Sequence record: OP380604.1
Direction: 5' to 3' (one strand)
DNA length: 64,000 nt
Positions 9,995-18,209 of this stretch are shown piece after piece (within the stretch, counting starts at the first letter, position 1; every line of letters begins with the position of its first letter). The notes beneath the pieces are model-generated. The model had not been told where the DNA came from. It saw nothing but the letters and a program-made list of their open reading frames with translations, and ran no database searches. The position numbers and the translations under genes are program-made.

Positions 9995-10838
9995 GAAAGG
10001 TTTCGAATCTGATGCCACTGAGTGGAAACTGGTTCAAGACAAACAAGGTAACGGTGCTGCTGTTATTCGTTTCTTGCCTGCTAAGGGTGATAACGCTACC
10101 ACTTTCGTTAAGCTCGTAAATCACGGTTTCCAGCGCAACGGTAAATGGTATATCGAGAATTGCTCCAGCACTCACGGTGATTACGATAACTGCCCAGCTT
10201 GCCAGTGGATCAAAGATCAAAACTGGGATTACAACAACGAAGCCGACAAGAAAGCTATGTATGCTTCCGGTGTAACTCGTAAGACCGCGTTCTGGGCAAA
10301 CATTCTGGTAATCAAAGATCCGGCTAACCCAGACAACGAAGGCAAAGTTTTCAAGTTCCGATTCGGTAAGAAAATCATGGACAAGATTCAAGCTGAGGTC
10401 GATGTTAACACCGATCTGGGTGAAGAACCGTGCGACGTAACTTGCCCGTTTGAAGGTAAGAACTTCACCATCAAGATCAAGAAAGTTGGTGGTAACAATA
10501 ACTATGATGACTCTGTTTTCGGTAAAGTAACTCCGATTGCAAACATCGAAGATGAAGCTTATCAAGCTCAGTTGTTCGAACAAATGCACGATATCATGAG
10601 TCTGATTGCCAAAGACAAATTCAAGTCCATGGAAGATCTGACCACTGTGTTCAATCGTGTTATGGGTGCCGAGAAGCGTTCTAACGCTCGCGCTGCTGAT
10701 GACTTCGAAAAACAGATGGAACAGTTTGAAAATACTCCGGCTTTCAAGTCTGAGAAAGATGACGACGACGTTCCGTTCAATACCGGCTCCGCTGGTACTG
10801 TAGACACCGATCTGGATGATCTGCTGAACGAAATCTAA
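9930..10838 (+). CDS. 32: Single-stranded DNA binding protein gp32
   Basis: YIENCSSTHGDYDNCPACQ zinc site and acidic C-terminal tail (DLDDLLNEI). Confidence 0.97.
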   Translation: MSIFKRKDPSQLQQQLAAFSAKKGFESDATEWKLVQDKQGNGAAVIRFLPAKGDNATTFVKLVNHGFQRNGKWYIENCSSTHGDYDNCPACQWIKDQNWDYNNEADKKAMYASGVTRKTAFWANILVIKDPANPDNEGKVFKFRFGKKIMDKIQAEVDVNTDLGEEPCDVTCPFEGKNFTIKIKKVGGNNNYDDSVFGKVTPIANIEDEAYQAQLFEQMHDIMSLIAKDKFKSMEDLTTVFNRVMGAEKRSNARAADDFEKQMEQFENTPAFKSEKDDDDVPFNTGSAGTVDTDLDDLLNEI

Positions 10839-10843
10839 AAACT

Positions 10844-10867
10844 AAGGCACCTTCGGGTGCCTTTTTT
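10844..10867 (+). terminator. Rho-independent terminator
   Basis: AAGGCACC-TTCG-GGTGCCTT followed by a T tract. Confidence 0.9.
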
Positions 10868-10888
10868 ATTAAGTGAGAGGTGATAAAA

Positions 10889-11407
10889 ATGATTAGATTG
10901 GTTTTCGCAACAGGTAAATTCGGCGAGTTCGGCAACAAGAACGGACTTCCGTGGGGACATTGTAGAGTTGATATGCTCAACTTTATGGAAACAACCAAAG
11001 ATTCATGCTTGCTCATGGGAGCAAAAACATTCATGAGTCTTCCGACAAAATTAAAGAACAGGGTAAACGTGGTATTGAGTACGTCAAACGACACAAGCCG
11101 CGTTGTGGCGAAGAACGGCGAGCGACCCGATATGTTCATGCACGGAGATGTTACTCAAGCTCTAAACGAACTCCAGACGCTTTATGACAACATCTGTGTT
11201 ATCGGTGGAATGACTGTGTTAAAGGAAGCGATTGACATGGCAGACCAGGTAGTTCATACTGTCATTCTCAACGAAGAAAAATTAGAGTGCGACGTTGAAC
11301 TAGACGAAACGGTACAAGAGAAAATCACATCCGATTTCTATGTACTGTCCAACAAGTTATTGGGAGACGAAGCAATTACATACACATCCGTTAGGAAAAA
11401 GAAATGA
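10889..11407 (+). CDS. frd: Dihydrofolate reductase
   Basis: FGNKNGLPW, LLMGAKTF, RVNVVLS and VIGG motifs; SD GAGG. Confidence 0.92.
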   Translation: MIRLVFATGKFGEFGNKNGLPWGHCRVDMLNFMETTKDSCLLMGAKTFMSLPTKLKNRVNVVLSTSNDTSRVVAKNGERPDMFMHGDVTQALNELQTLYDNICVIGGMTVLKEAIDMADQVVHTVILNEEKLECDVELDETVQEKITSDFYVLSNKLLGDEAITYTSVRKKK

Positions 11408-11877
11408 GCATCATAGATACCAGACTAACACAATATTCGAAGGATCAACTTCTACCAATAATCCGAGATATCGAGATTATTGGTATGCGAGAAGATTACA
11501 AGCGTAAACGTAATTGGTGTATTGTGATCGATCAAACAACTGGACAGATTAAGACTGGCTATTATGGTCGTTATTACTATCGTCCTGACGAACACGCACC
11601 GGCGTTGGAGCGTTCATATCATCCGGTGTTTCGCGCTGAACTCGCTATCAAAGATATGTACCGAGGACAGAGTTCATTTCAAATCGATTTTAATACTCCA
11701 CACGACGATCAAACAATTCAGTTTGGTGCAACCGGTGTTCATATGCTGCTTAGTGCGCTTGCGGAACAAAAGATTGATGTTGTTGCTGGACGTTTTGTAT
11801 TGAATTTCGTTCTTGAAAAGAAAGGCGAAAATGTATATGCTGAACCATATTTTGGTGAAATAAAGGATCTCATTTAA
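11404..11877 (+). CDS. Hypothetical protein
   Basis: 157-aa ORF translationally coupled to frd. Confidence 0.75.
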   Translation: MSIIDTRLTQYSKDQLLPIIRDIEIIGMREDYKRKRNWCIVIDQTTGQIKTGYYGRYYYRPDEHAPALERSYHPVFRAELAIKDMYRGQSSFQIDFNTPHDDQTIQFGATGVHMLLSALAEQKIDVVAGRFVLNFVLEKKGENVYAEPYFGEIKDLI

Positions 11878-12326
11878 TGTTTATTAGTGTCGATGAAGCT
11901 GATAAGATTGCACCCGTGATTGAAGTTCTTGGCGTTCGTAAGGACGCTAAGAAGCGAAAGTGGAGCCTGAGTGTTTATGACGGTATTCCACGGACAGGCG
12001 AATACAGTAATTATTTTCATGGTGCGTCTGAAATTCCAGGCACAAAGAATGCTCATTTCGTGTACAAAGCGAATATGAAAATCGGTGATATTCGTTCGCA
12101 TTCTGGTACCGCATATTATATCGATGCCGAAGTTTTGCACGACGGTAGATATCGCAAGATCGCAATTAGTACAAACAGTTTCAACAAGCTAATGCACGGA
12201 ATTGCAAACAAGACTATTCCTATCGTTGATTATTCCGAGTTGGTAGTCGAAATCAAGTTTATTTTAGAAAAGTATGGCCGTTATGTTATGGCTGAAATTA
12301 TCGAGGACGAATCTGAGTGGATGTAA
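11877..12326 (+). CDS. Hypothetical protein, likely paralogue of the preceding gene
   Basis: 149-aa coupled ORF; C-terminal FILEKYGRYVMAE versus FVLEKKGENVYAE. Confidence 0.75.
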   Translation: MFISVDEADKIAPVIEVLGVRKDAKKRKWSLSVYDGIPRTGEYSNYFHGASEIPGTKNAHFVYKANMKIGDIRSHSGTAYYIDAEVLHDGRYRKIAISTNSFNKLMHGIANKTIPIVDYSELVVEIKFILEKYGRYVMAEIIEDESEWM

Positions 12327-12616
12327 ACATTCAAACGCTTCTGGAAAAAGATCCAGAACAAATGACGCAAGAAGAAACGAATACCCTGTTTTTCTATCTG
12401 TTGGAAAACATGACAAACAAGATTGAGAGTCAAAGCGAGACAATCAAAGTTATCAACAAGCGTTTACAAGAAGCTTCCGAAGTCTTTAAACTGCATGAGA
12501 AATGCATCGGCGAACTTCAAGAGGGATTGATCGAACTGCGTAAGCAACTCGATGTAATCAAGGGAGCTGGTGAAATGGGGTCAACTCGTTCCGAAGGTGG
12601 TATTCTGCTGCTATGA
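12317..12616 (+). CDS. Hypothetical coiled-coil protein
   Basis: 99-aa ORF with GTG start; overlaps the td start (ATGA). Confidence 0.7.
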   Translation: MDVNIQTLLEKDPEQMTQEETNTLFFYLLENMTNKIESQSETIKVINKRLQEASEVFKLHEKCIGELQEGLIELRKQLDVIKGAGEMGSTRSEGGILLL

Positions 12617-13446
12617 AAGCTTATATCGATATCATCAAACATACATTCTGGAACGGTGAAGATGAAATGGATCGGACGGGTGTAGGTACCCGTTCTGTTC
12701 TGGGTCAAGTGTTTCGCCATGACATGGCAGACGGATTCCCAGCCGTTACCACAAAGACACTAGCGTGGAAAGCCGTTCGCGGAGAACTACTTTGGTTTAT
12801 GAACGGGTTTACAAACGTCGAAACTCTGCGAGCAATGACATATGGTGTTGGATCATCGGCCAAAACGATTTGGGACGATAATTTCAATCATCAAGGGGTA
12901 GCACTGGGTTATACAGACGGTGAGCTTGGTCCTGTTTATGGCAAGCAATGGCGCGACTTTAACGGCGTAGATCAACTGGCTAAAGCTATTGAACGAATCA
13001 AGACTAATCCAGAATGCCGCCGTAATATCGTTTGTGCTTGGAACCCCGTTGATCTCGACAAAATGGCTCTGCCACCGTGTCACGTTCTGTTCCGTTTCAG
13101 CGTGAAGAAAGGCCGCTTGAATCTGACTTGGTATCAGCGTTCTGTAGATACATTCTTGGGCTTGCCTTTCAATATCGCCAGTTACGGCTTGCTACTTGAA
13201 ATGGTAGCTCATATCACCGGGTATCGCGCTGGTATTCTTACCGGTATGCTCGATGATACCCATATCTATCACAATCACTTTGATCAGGTTCAAGAGCAGT
13301 TACAGCGTGAGCCATACAAGCTTCCGACATTGAAATTCAAAAAACGCTTTACAACTCTGGAAGAAGCGTGTAATCTGTCTTTGGATGATATTGAACTAGA
13401 GGATTACAAGTGCCACCCAGCTATCAAAGCACCTATGGCAGTGTAA
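12613..13446 (+). CDS. td: Thymidylate synthase (intronless)
   Basis: LGPVYGKQW, MALPPCH and YQRSVDTFLGLPFNIASY motifs. Confidence 0.97.
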   Translation: MKAYIDIIKHTFWNGEDEMDRTGVGTRSVLGQVFRHDMADGFPAVTTKTLAWKAVRGELLWFMNGFTNVETLRAMTYGVGSSAKTIWDDNFNHQGVALGYTDGELGPVYGKQWRDFNGVDQLAKAIERIKTNPECRRNIVCAWNPVDLDKMALPPCHVLFRFSVKKGRLNLTWYQRSVDTFLGLPFNIASYGLLLEMVAHITGYRAGILTGMLDDTHIYHNHFDQVQEQLQREPYKLPTLKFKKRFTTLEEACNLSLDDIELEDYKCHPAIKAPMAV

Positions 13447-13913
13447 TCTATCTTGATATCGACGGCGTATTGAATTCGTATTCCGAACTTGATACGCTTG
13501 TCAAAAAAGAGAATGACGCAAGAGTGTTCCGATTGTACGGCAAACTGGATTGGATTTATGTTCCAATGCTTGAACGTCTGCATCGGATCATTCGCGAGAC
13601 TAACGCGAAAGTCGTTGGTATTAGCTCTTGGTTCAAAGTTGGAGACGACAAAAGAACTAAAAAGATTGCTGAATTTCTTGACATTGAAATCGTTGATCTG
13701 ATAGATTACACCGGTGGCGGATATCATCGAGTTGAATCGGTAATTCGCCACATCAAAGAACATAGCATTATCGATTTCGTTATTCTGGACGACATTCCGA
13801 TGTTTTCTGAATATGAAGAGTTGGCAGATAGGCACATTTGTCCAAAGCGATATGGTCTAACTGAAAACTTGACGGAGAAAGCAATTTATGTGCTATGTGG
13901 TAAACAAGTATAA
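13410..13913 (+). CDS. HAD-superfamily phosphatase (Swiss-Army-Knife RNA-repair-like)
   Basis: YLDIDGVLN, ISSW and VILDD motifs; GAGGA before GTG. Confidence 0.75.
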   Translation: MPPSYQSTYGSVIYLDIDGVLNSYSELDTLVKKENDARVFRLYGKLDWIYVPMLERLHRIIRETNAKVVGISSWFKVGDDKRTKKIAEFLDIEIVDLIDYTGGGYHRVESVIRHIKEHSIIDFVILDDIPMFSEYEELADRHICPKRYGLTENLTEKAIYVLCGKQV

Positions 13914-14172
13914 AACGGAGTTCGACGTTGACATTCAACGAGGAACGATCTGGGGAAATCCTCACAAAGACGGGACTCGAACAGAAAACATCGAACAATT
14001 TAAAAATCACTTGAAAGACGAAATCAGGCGCGGTAATATAACAAAAGAAATGTTATTGAGTCTGCATGGAAAGCGTTTGGGATGTACCTGCTCGCCTCTT
14101 CCGTGTCACGGTGATATCATTGCTGTGTTAGTCAACAAGTTAGCTGGAACTCATACCGAGCTGGATATATGA
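13888..14172 (+). CDS. DUF4326-like protein
   Basis: DIQRGTIWGNP...LHGKRLGCTCSPLPCHGDII pattern. Confidence 0.75.
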   Translation: MCYVVNKYKTEFDVDIQRGTIWGNPHKDGTRTENIEQFKNHLKDEIRRGNITKEMLLSLHGKRLGCTCSPLPCHGDIIAVLVNKLAGTHTELDI

Positions 14173-14606
14173 GCGATCTCACCAAGTTCGGGTTCAAAAA
14201 GCTGTGCGATCTTTCTCTCGACTCAGAGGGAATGATTGATAGATCATTCGTTAAACCTAAACAGTTGACTTTTGTCCTGTATGCTTTTGTTGTTGGCGGA
14301 CAAGTCAAATACGTGGGTCGGACACTTGATCTTTGGAAGCGATTCGACACATACAGAAATTCCAAAAACTGGAAGAATGCGTTTGTTTCTAATCAAATCA
14401 AAACGGATTTACTCGAAAAAACGATTGCCAAAACCGGCGTTGAATTATACGTCAAAGAATGTCCGACTATCTTTATAGGTAGCGATTCTAAAGCAATAAC
14501 AGTAACATCCATGCACTTGGAAGAACCCAAAGTAATCAAACACTTTAACCCTGAATGGAATAAACATTATGCAAAGTATCAAAGAGCTGTACCAAAATCT
14601 TATTAA
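14169..14606 (+). CDS. denA: Endonuclease II (GIY-YIG)
   Basis: LYAF...KYVGRT..L.KR and EEPKVIKHFNPEWN resemble T4 DenA; lies upstream of rnlA. Confidence 0.85.
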   Translation: MSDLTKFGFKKLCDLSLDSEGMIDRSFVKPKQLTFVLYAFVVGGQVKYVGRTLDLWKRFDTYRNSKNWKNAFVSNQIKTDLLEKTIAKTGVELYVKECPTIFIGSDSKAITVTSMHLEEPKVIKHFNPEWNKHYAKYQRAVPKSY

Positions 14607-15738
14607 TCTGTGTGTTGACGACAACACCAAGTTTTATTTCGCTGAAACTGTTACCAGTCTGGGTACCAAAGTTCGTATCTTCGATTATCACGTTGCCGGT
14701 TACAATGATTGGATTCGTCCGGACGCTATGGCTTGTCGTGGTATCATGTTCGAAATGAACGGCGAAATTCCGGTGCGTATCATGAGCCGTCCGATGGACA
14801 AGTTCTTCAACTACAGCGAAGTTATCGGCTGGGAAAAACTCGAAACTCATGGAAACATGAAAATGCCAGATCTGAACAAGATCGCTTATGTTATCGACAA
14901 GCGCGACGGCTCCCTGATCTCTACCTATCTCGATATTAGCGGTGATACCAAAAATCTTCTGCTGAAATCCAAAGCGTCCATTCGTAGCAATCAAGCGAAT
15001 GATGCCAGCGTGTGGCTGTATCAAGAAGATCATAAGGATCTGCTTGACTTCTGTACCGTATATGCAGAAAACGGATTTACTGTGAATATGGAGTGGACTG
15101 CTCCCCACAATCAAATCGTACTGTGCTACAACGAACACCAGCTCCGTATTCTGAACATCCGTCACAACGAAACCGGCGAATACGTTGATTTCGGTGAACT
15201 ACAAAAAGATCCGACTTTCGTGAAATACGCTGCCGACTTCTTTGAAGTTCCTGGCGATGGCAAAGCTTGGATCGATGAAGTCTATCAAATGACTGGAATC
15301 GAAGGCTTCGTGGTAGTTATGGAAGACTATCAAATGTTCAAACTGAAAACTGATTGGTATGTTGCTCTGCATCACACCAAAGACAGTATCAACAACAGCG
15401 AGCGGCTGATTTACGCATGTGCTGAAAACTGCACTGACGATCTGCGTCAGATGTTCCGAGACGATCCGAACAGTCTACAAAAGATCGAGATATTCGATAA
15501 TCACTTCCGTGACGTTGTTATGGATGCAATGAAGAAGCTTACCGAAGCTTATGAAAAGTATCGTGGCATGGAGCGTCGTGATTACGCGATCAACATGAAC
15601 AACGATTTCAAAAACGAGCGTCATTGGTTTAACATCGCCATGCAGATGTTCGCACAACGTCCTGAATTCAGTATGACAGACGAAATTGTGGCAGTGGTCA
15701 AGAAGTATCCAAAGACTTTTATTCCGAAGGGATTCTGA
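14569..15738 (+). CDS. rnlA: RNA ligase 1 / tail fibre attachment protein
   Basis: CRGIMFE, RPMDKFFN, KRDGSLI and EGFVV motifs. Confidence 0.95.
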   Translation: MQSIKELYQNLINLCVDDNTKFYFAETVTSLGTKVRIFDYHVAGYNDWIRPDAMACRGIMFEMNGEIPVRIMSRPMDKFFNYSEVIGWEKLETHGNMKMPDLNKIAYVIDKRDGSLISTYLDISGDTKNLLLKSKASIRSNQANDASVWLYQEDHKDLLDFCTVYAENGFTVNMEWTAPHNQIVLCYNEHQLRILNIRHNETGEYVDFGELQKDPTFVKYAADFFEVPGDGKAWIDEVYQMTGIEGFVVVMEDYQMFKLKTDWYVALHHTKDSINNSERLIYACAENCTDDLRQMFRDDPNSLQKIEIFDNHFRDVVMDAMKKLTEAYEKYRGMERRDYAINMNNDFKNERHWFNIAMQMFAQRPEFSMTDEIVAVVKKYPKTFIPKGF

Positions 15739-15971
15739 TGAAAAAGATTGATTGGAACGATATGTCCTCATTGGGGCTTATCAAGCGTATTAATGAACAA
15801 GTTTTACATCCACTCGGGTTAGCGATGACCCGAAATCCCGAAACGGGGTCAAGTGATTATGTTCTGATTGCACCCGACGGTGTTTTTGAATATGACGAAA
15901 CAATCAAGAGTCGTTCGACTTTAACAGACGAACAAATCAAACAAAGAGCTAACGAGCTAGGTCGCTTCTAA
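15738..15971 (+). CDS. Hypothetical protein
   Basis: 77-aa ORF coupled to rnlA and followed by a terminator. Confidence 0.7.
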   Translation: MKKIDWNDMSSLGLIKRINEQVLHPLGLAMTRNPETGSSDYVLIAPDGVFEYDETIKSRSTLTDEQIKQRANELGRF

Positions 15972-15973
15972 CT

Positions 15974-16001
15974 AAATCCACCTTCGGGTGGATTTTTTTT
16001 T
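15974..16001 (+). terminator. Rho-independent terminator
   Basis: AAATCCACC-TTCG-GGTGGATTT plus a T tract. Confidence 0.9.
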
Positions 16002-16010
16002 GGAAAAAGC

Positions 16011-16038
16011 TTGCATCGAAATCCAGTCCTGTTATTAT
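16011..16038 (+). promoter_or_regulatory. Sigma70-like early promoter
   Basis: TTGCAT-N16-TATTAT with extended -10 TG; near-identical to 20911. Confidence 0.75.
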
Positions 16039-16078
16039 GACCACATCGAAACGAGATACACCAACTGAGGAAATGATT

Positions 16079-16408
16079 ATGAACATGTACGGCCCAACCG
16101 GTTACAAACTGACTTACTTCGGACTGAGTGGTTGTGAGCGTTTTGAAGCTAACGGTCGTGAGACTGCAATCCGCACCGGCAAAGGTTGCGCTTCTGTCAA
16201 AACTCTGGTAAAGAAAGCTATCAAGAAAGGCGAGTTTCCTTTCTCCGAAAAAGCTAATCTGTGTCTGAACAACGAAGAAATCAAGTTCAACGACATGGTA
16301 GAAGGTCAACAAGCTGGTATGACTCTGCGAGTTGGCAAAAGCGATATCCGTGTTTGCGCTGATGTATGCGACGGTATCCTGCGTATCGATATCATTCGCG
16401 TAGGCTAA
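16079..16408 (+). CDS. Hypothetical early protein
   Basis: SD GAGG 8 nt before ATG 16079; the track start at 16037 lies inside the -10 box. Confidence 0.75.
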   Translation: MNMYGPTGYKLTYFGLSGCERFEANGRETAIRTGKGCASVKTLVKKAIKKGEFPFSEKANLCLNNEEIKFNDMVEGQQAGMTLRVGKSDIRVCADVCDGILRIDIIRVG

Positions 16409-16417
16409 AAACTAACT

Positions 16418-16433
16418 GAGGGCTTCGGCCCTC
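16418..16433 (+). other. UUCG hairpin GAGGGC-TTCG-GCCCTC (terminator or processing site)
   Basis: Identical copy at 49945-49960. Confidence 0.7.
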
Positions 16434-16448
16434 TCTTTGGAGAAAATT

Positions 16449-16706
16449 ATGATTCCAGCATCTAAAGCAAGAGAAAATCTAAAGTTTGATCGAGCACTCC
16501 GTATGCGAGAGGCTATCAATAACGCAAGCAAGAAAATCGAGGCAGCTTCTGTTCAAGGTAAGCGTGTTGTCTATGTGTATGACGTTGGTTCTGATATTCG
16601 TAGGGAAGTAGTCAACGAGATTACCAAACACGGATATGAAGTTGAATTCACTACGGAATCCGATTACAGATCAGCTACCGGCGATTATCTGAAAATTTCT
16701 TGGTAA
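16449..16706 (+). CDS. Hypothetical protein (paralogue of 49978-50235)
   Basis: SD GGAG; C-terminal GY...YLKISW versus GY...YLEIKW. Confidence 0.75.
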   Translation: MIPASKARENLKFDRALRMREAINNASKKIEAASVQGKRVVYVYDVGSDIRREVVNEITKHGYEVEFTTESDYRSATGDYLKISW

Positions 16707-16721
16707 TTTTTAAAAAAGTAG

Positions 16722-16749
16722 TTGACGTGGTCCTAGTACCTGTTATTAT
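16722..16749 (+). promoter_or_regulatory. Sigma70-like early promoter
   Basis: TTGACG-N16-TATTAT, followed by the same ACCACATC start region as the other cassettes. Confidence 0.8.
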
Positions 16750-16798
16750 GACCACATCAAGACGCAAGACGTCAAACAAACACTCTGAGGAAAACATC

Positions 16799-17056
16799 AT
16801 GAAAAACGTACAAATCCAAGCTTATGTTTCTGTAGTTCGTAAAAACATCACCAAAGCCCAAGTCGCCCGTGAACTGGAAGTTTCTCCTCGCACCATCGGT
16901 CGCTGGGTAGAACAAGGCCGCGAAGCTGTTAAATCTCAAATCGCCGCTGATCTGGAAGTGAAGTTCGCTGGTATCAAACGTGGTAACAAGAAAGTGATGT
17001 TTGTTGGCACCAAGCCGAGCACTGTAACCCGTCGTCAAAACAAAAAGGCAGCATAA
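16799..17056 (+). CDS. Small basic helix-turn-helix protein
   Basis: TKAQVARELEVSPRTIGRW; SD CTGAGGAA. Confidence 0.75.
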   Translation: MKNVQIQAYVSVVRKNITKAQVARELEVSPRTIGRWVEQGREAVKSQIAADLEVKFAGIKRGNKKVMFVGTKPSTVTRRQNKKAA

Positions 17057-17286
17057 TGAACGTACAAATCTCCTACGAAGTTGGTTATCAACTGTTACAC
17101 AAAATGTCTCTTATGTCGCGTGAACAGTGGAATGAGTTTGATAACAAACAGAGAATGAAAATGGAATCCATGAAATCCAAGTTAGACATTTTCAAACGAG
17201 TATGTCACCTGACACACGACACAAAGAGCACATTCCCGATCTATATCGATGACATGCCTCTTGTTCTGGAGATTCTGAAAAAATGA
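17056..17286 (+). CDS. Hypothetical protein
   Basis: 76-aa coupled ORF. Confidence 0.65.
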   Translation: MNVQISYEVGYQLLHKMSLMSREQWNEFDNKQRMKMESMKSKLDIFKRVCHLTHDTKSTFPIYIDDMPLVLEILKK

Positions 17287-17561
17287 TCGTAGATCTGAAA
17301 TCAGCAGCAGAAATTCGATACTACATCAATAGAGCATCCGTTCTGGTAGATAATGGCAAAATTGATTGGAACAACAGTCGCAACGAGTTGTTCCACCTTA
17401 GAAACTTCGTTCGTGATGAAATCGAGCCTTTTCTCTCTCTGTGTGAGCTTATCGGCACCACACTGATGAACAAAACGGAAAATCGACTTGACATTGAAGC
17501 GCGTTATGTGCCGTTCATTGTTCACGCTATGGTAAATGTGAAAAACTACGAAAGGAGTTAA
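17283..17561 (+). CDS. Hypothetical protein
   Basis: 92-aa coupled ORF. Confidence 0.65.
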   Translation: MIVDLKSAAEIRYYINRASVLVDNGKIDWNNSRNELFHLRNFVRDEIEPFLSLCELIGTTLMNKTENRLDIEARYVPFIVHAMVNVKNYERS

Positions 17562-17562
17562 T

Positions 17563-17712
17563 ATGTTGAAATCAATGTCACAAACACTGGCTATGATGTT
17601 GGGTATGCTTGCTGGCATGACTATCGTACAAAACGGGTATGAACTCAACTGGATTATTGCCGGCGAGCTGATTGCATCTATGGCACTGTTTTACGTTCAC
17701 CACAAACTATAA
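17563..17712 (+). CDS. Small membrane protein (49 aa)
   Basis: SD AAGGAG; two hydrophobic stretches; below the track cut-off. Confidence 0.6.
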   Translation: MLKSMSQTLAMMLGMLAGMTIVQNGYELNWIIAGELIASMALFYVHHKL

Positions 17713-17721
17713 GGATCGCTC

Positions 17722-17979
17722 ATGTTTGGATATACTCTCGGATATAATACCGCGAAAAAAGTTAATGAACTAATCGAAACGATGTTGAATGATCGAGAAA
17801 AACAACGTAAAGTTGGCAGTCTTGATGCCTCTCTGTTGGAGAGAATCGGTAAAAAGATCGATAATCTGATTTATGTTGTAGAAACTCTGGAAACATCCGT
17901 TGGCGGCACTACGTTGACTATGGATACCCGTTCGTTCGAAGCAATTAAAAATCTGATAACCGTCAGTAAGGATTGGTAA
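17722..17979 (+). CDS. Hypothetical protein
   Basis: 85-aa ORF, SD AAGGA. Confidence 0.65.
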   Translation: MFGYTLGYNTAKKVNELIETMLNDREKQRKVGSLDASLLERIGKKIDNLIYVVETLETSVGGTTLTMDTRSFEAIKNLITVSKDW

Positions 17980-18209
17980 TGATTATCTTTACATATGATC
18001 AAGCGTACAAACTTCGATATGACGTTAAAGAATCGATGACGAAAAACGATCCTGCCATCAAATTACTAGCGGTGGAAACGTTTGATAAACTTGACAGCTA
18101 TATCACCATGTGTCAAAATATCCCACGTGGTAATGGTAATCCCACATTGTCGGTTCATGATAACTGGGGTCGTTACTTAACTGAATTCTATCAAGCGAGG
18201 ATACGATAA
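17973..18209 (+). CDS. Hypothetical protein
   Basis: 78-aa ORF coupled to cca. Confidence 0.65.
   Translation: MVMIIFTYDQAYKLRYDVKESMTKNDPAIKLLAVETFDKLDSYITMCQNIPRGNGNPTLSVHDNWGRYLTEFYQARIR

Noticed and set aside
12613-13446. Group I intron in td, as in T4
   Set aside because: td is continuous at 277 aa with all motifs present; there is no insertion.
16037-16078. Track starts at 16037 and 16700
   Set aside because: They begin within promoter elements; SD-linked ATGs are at 16079 and 16799.
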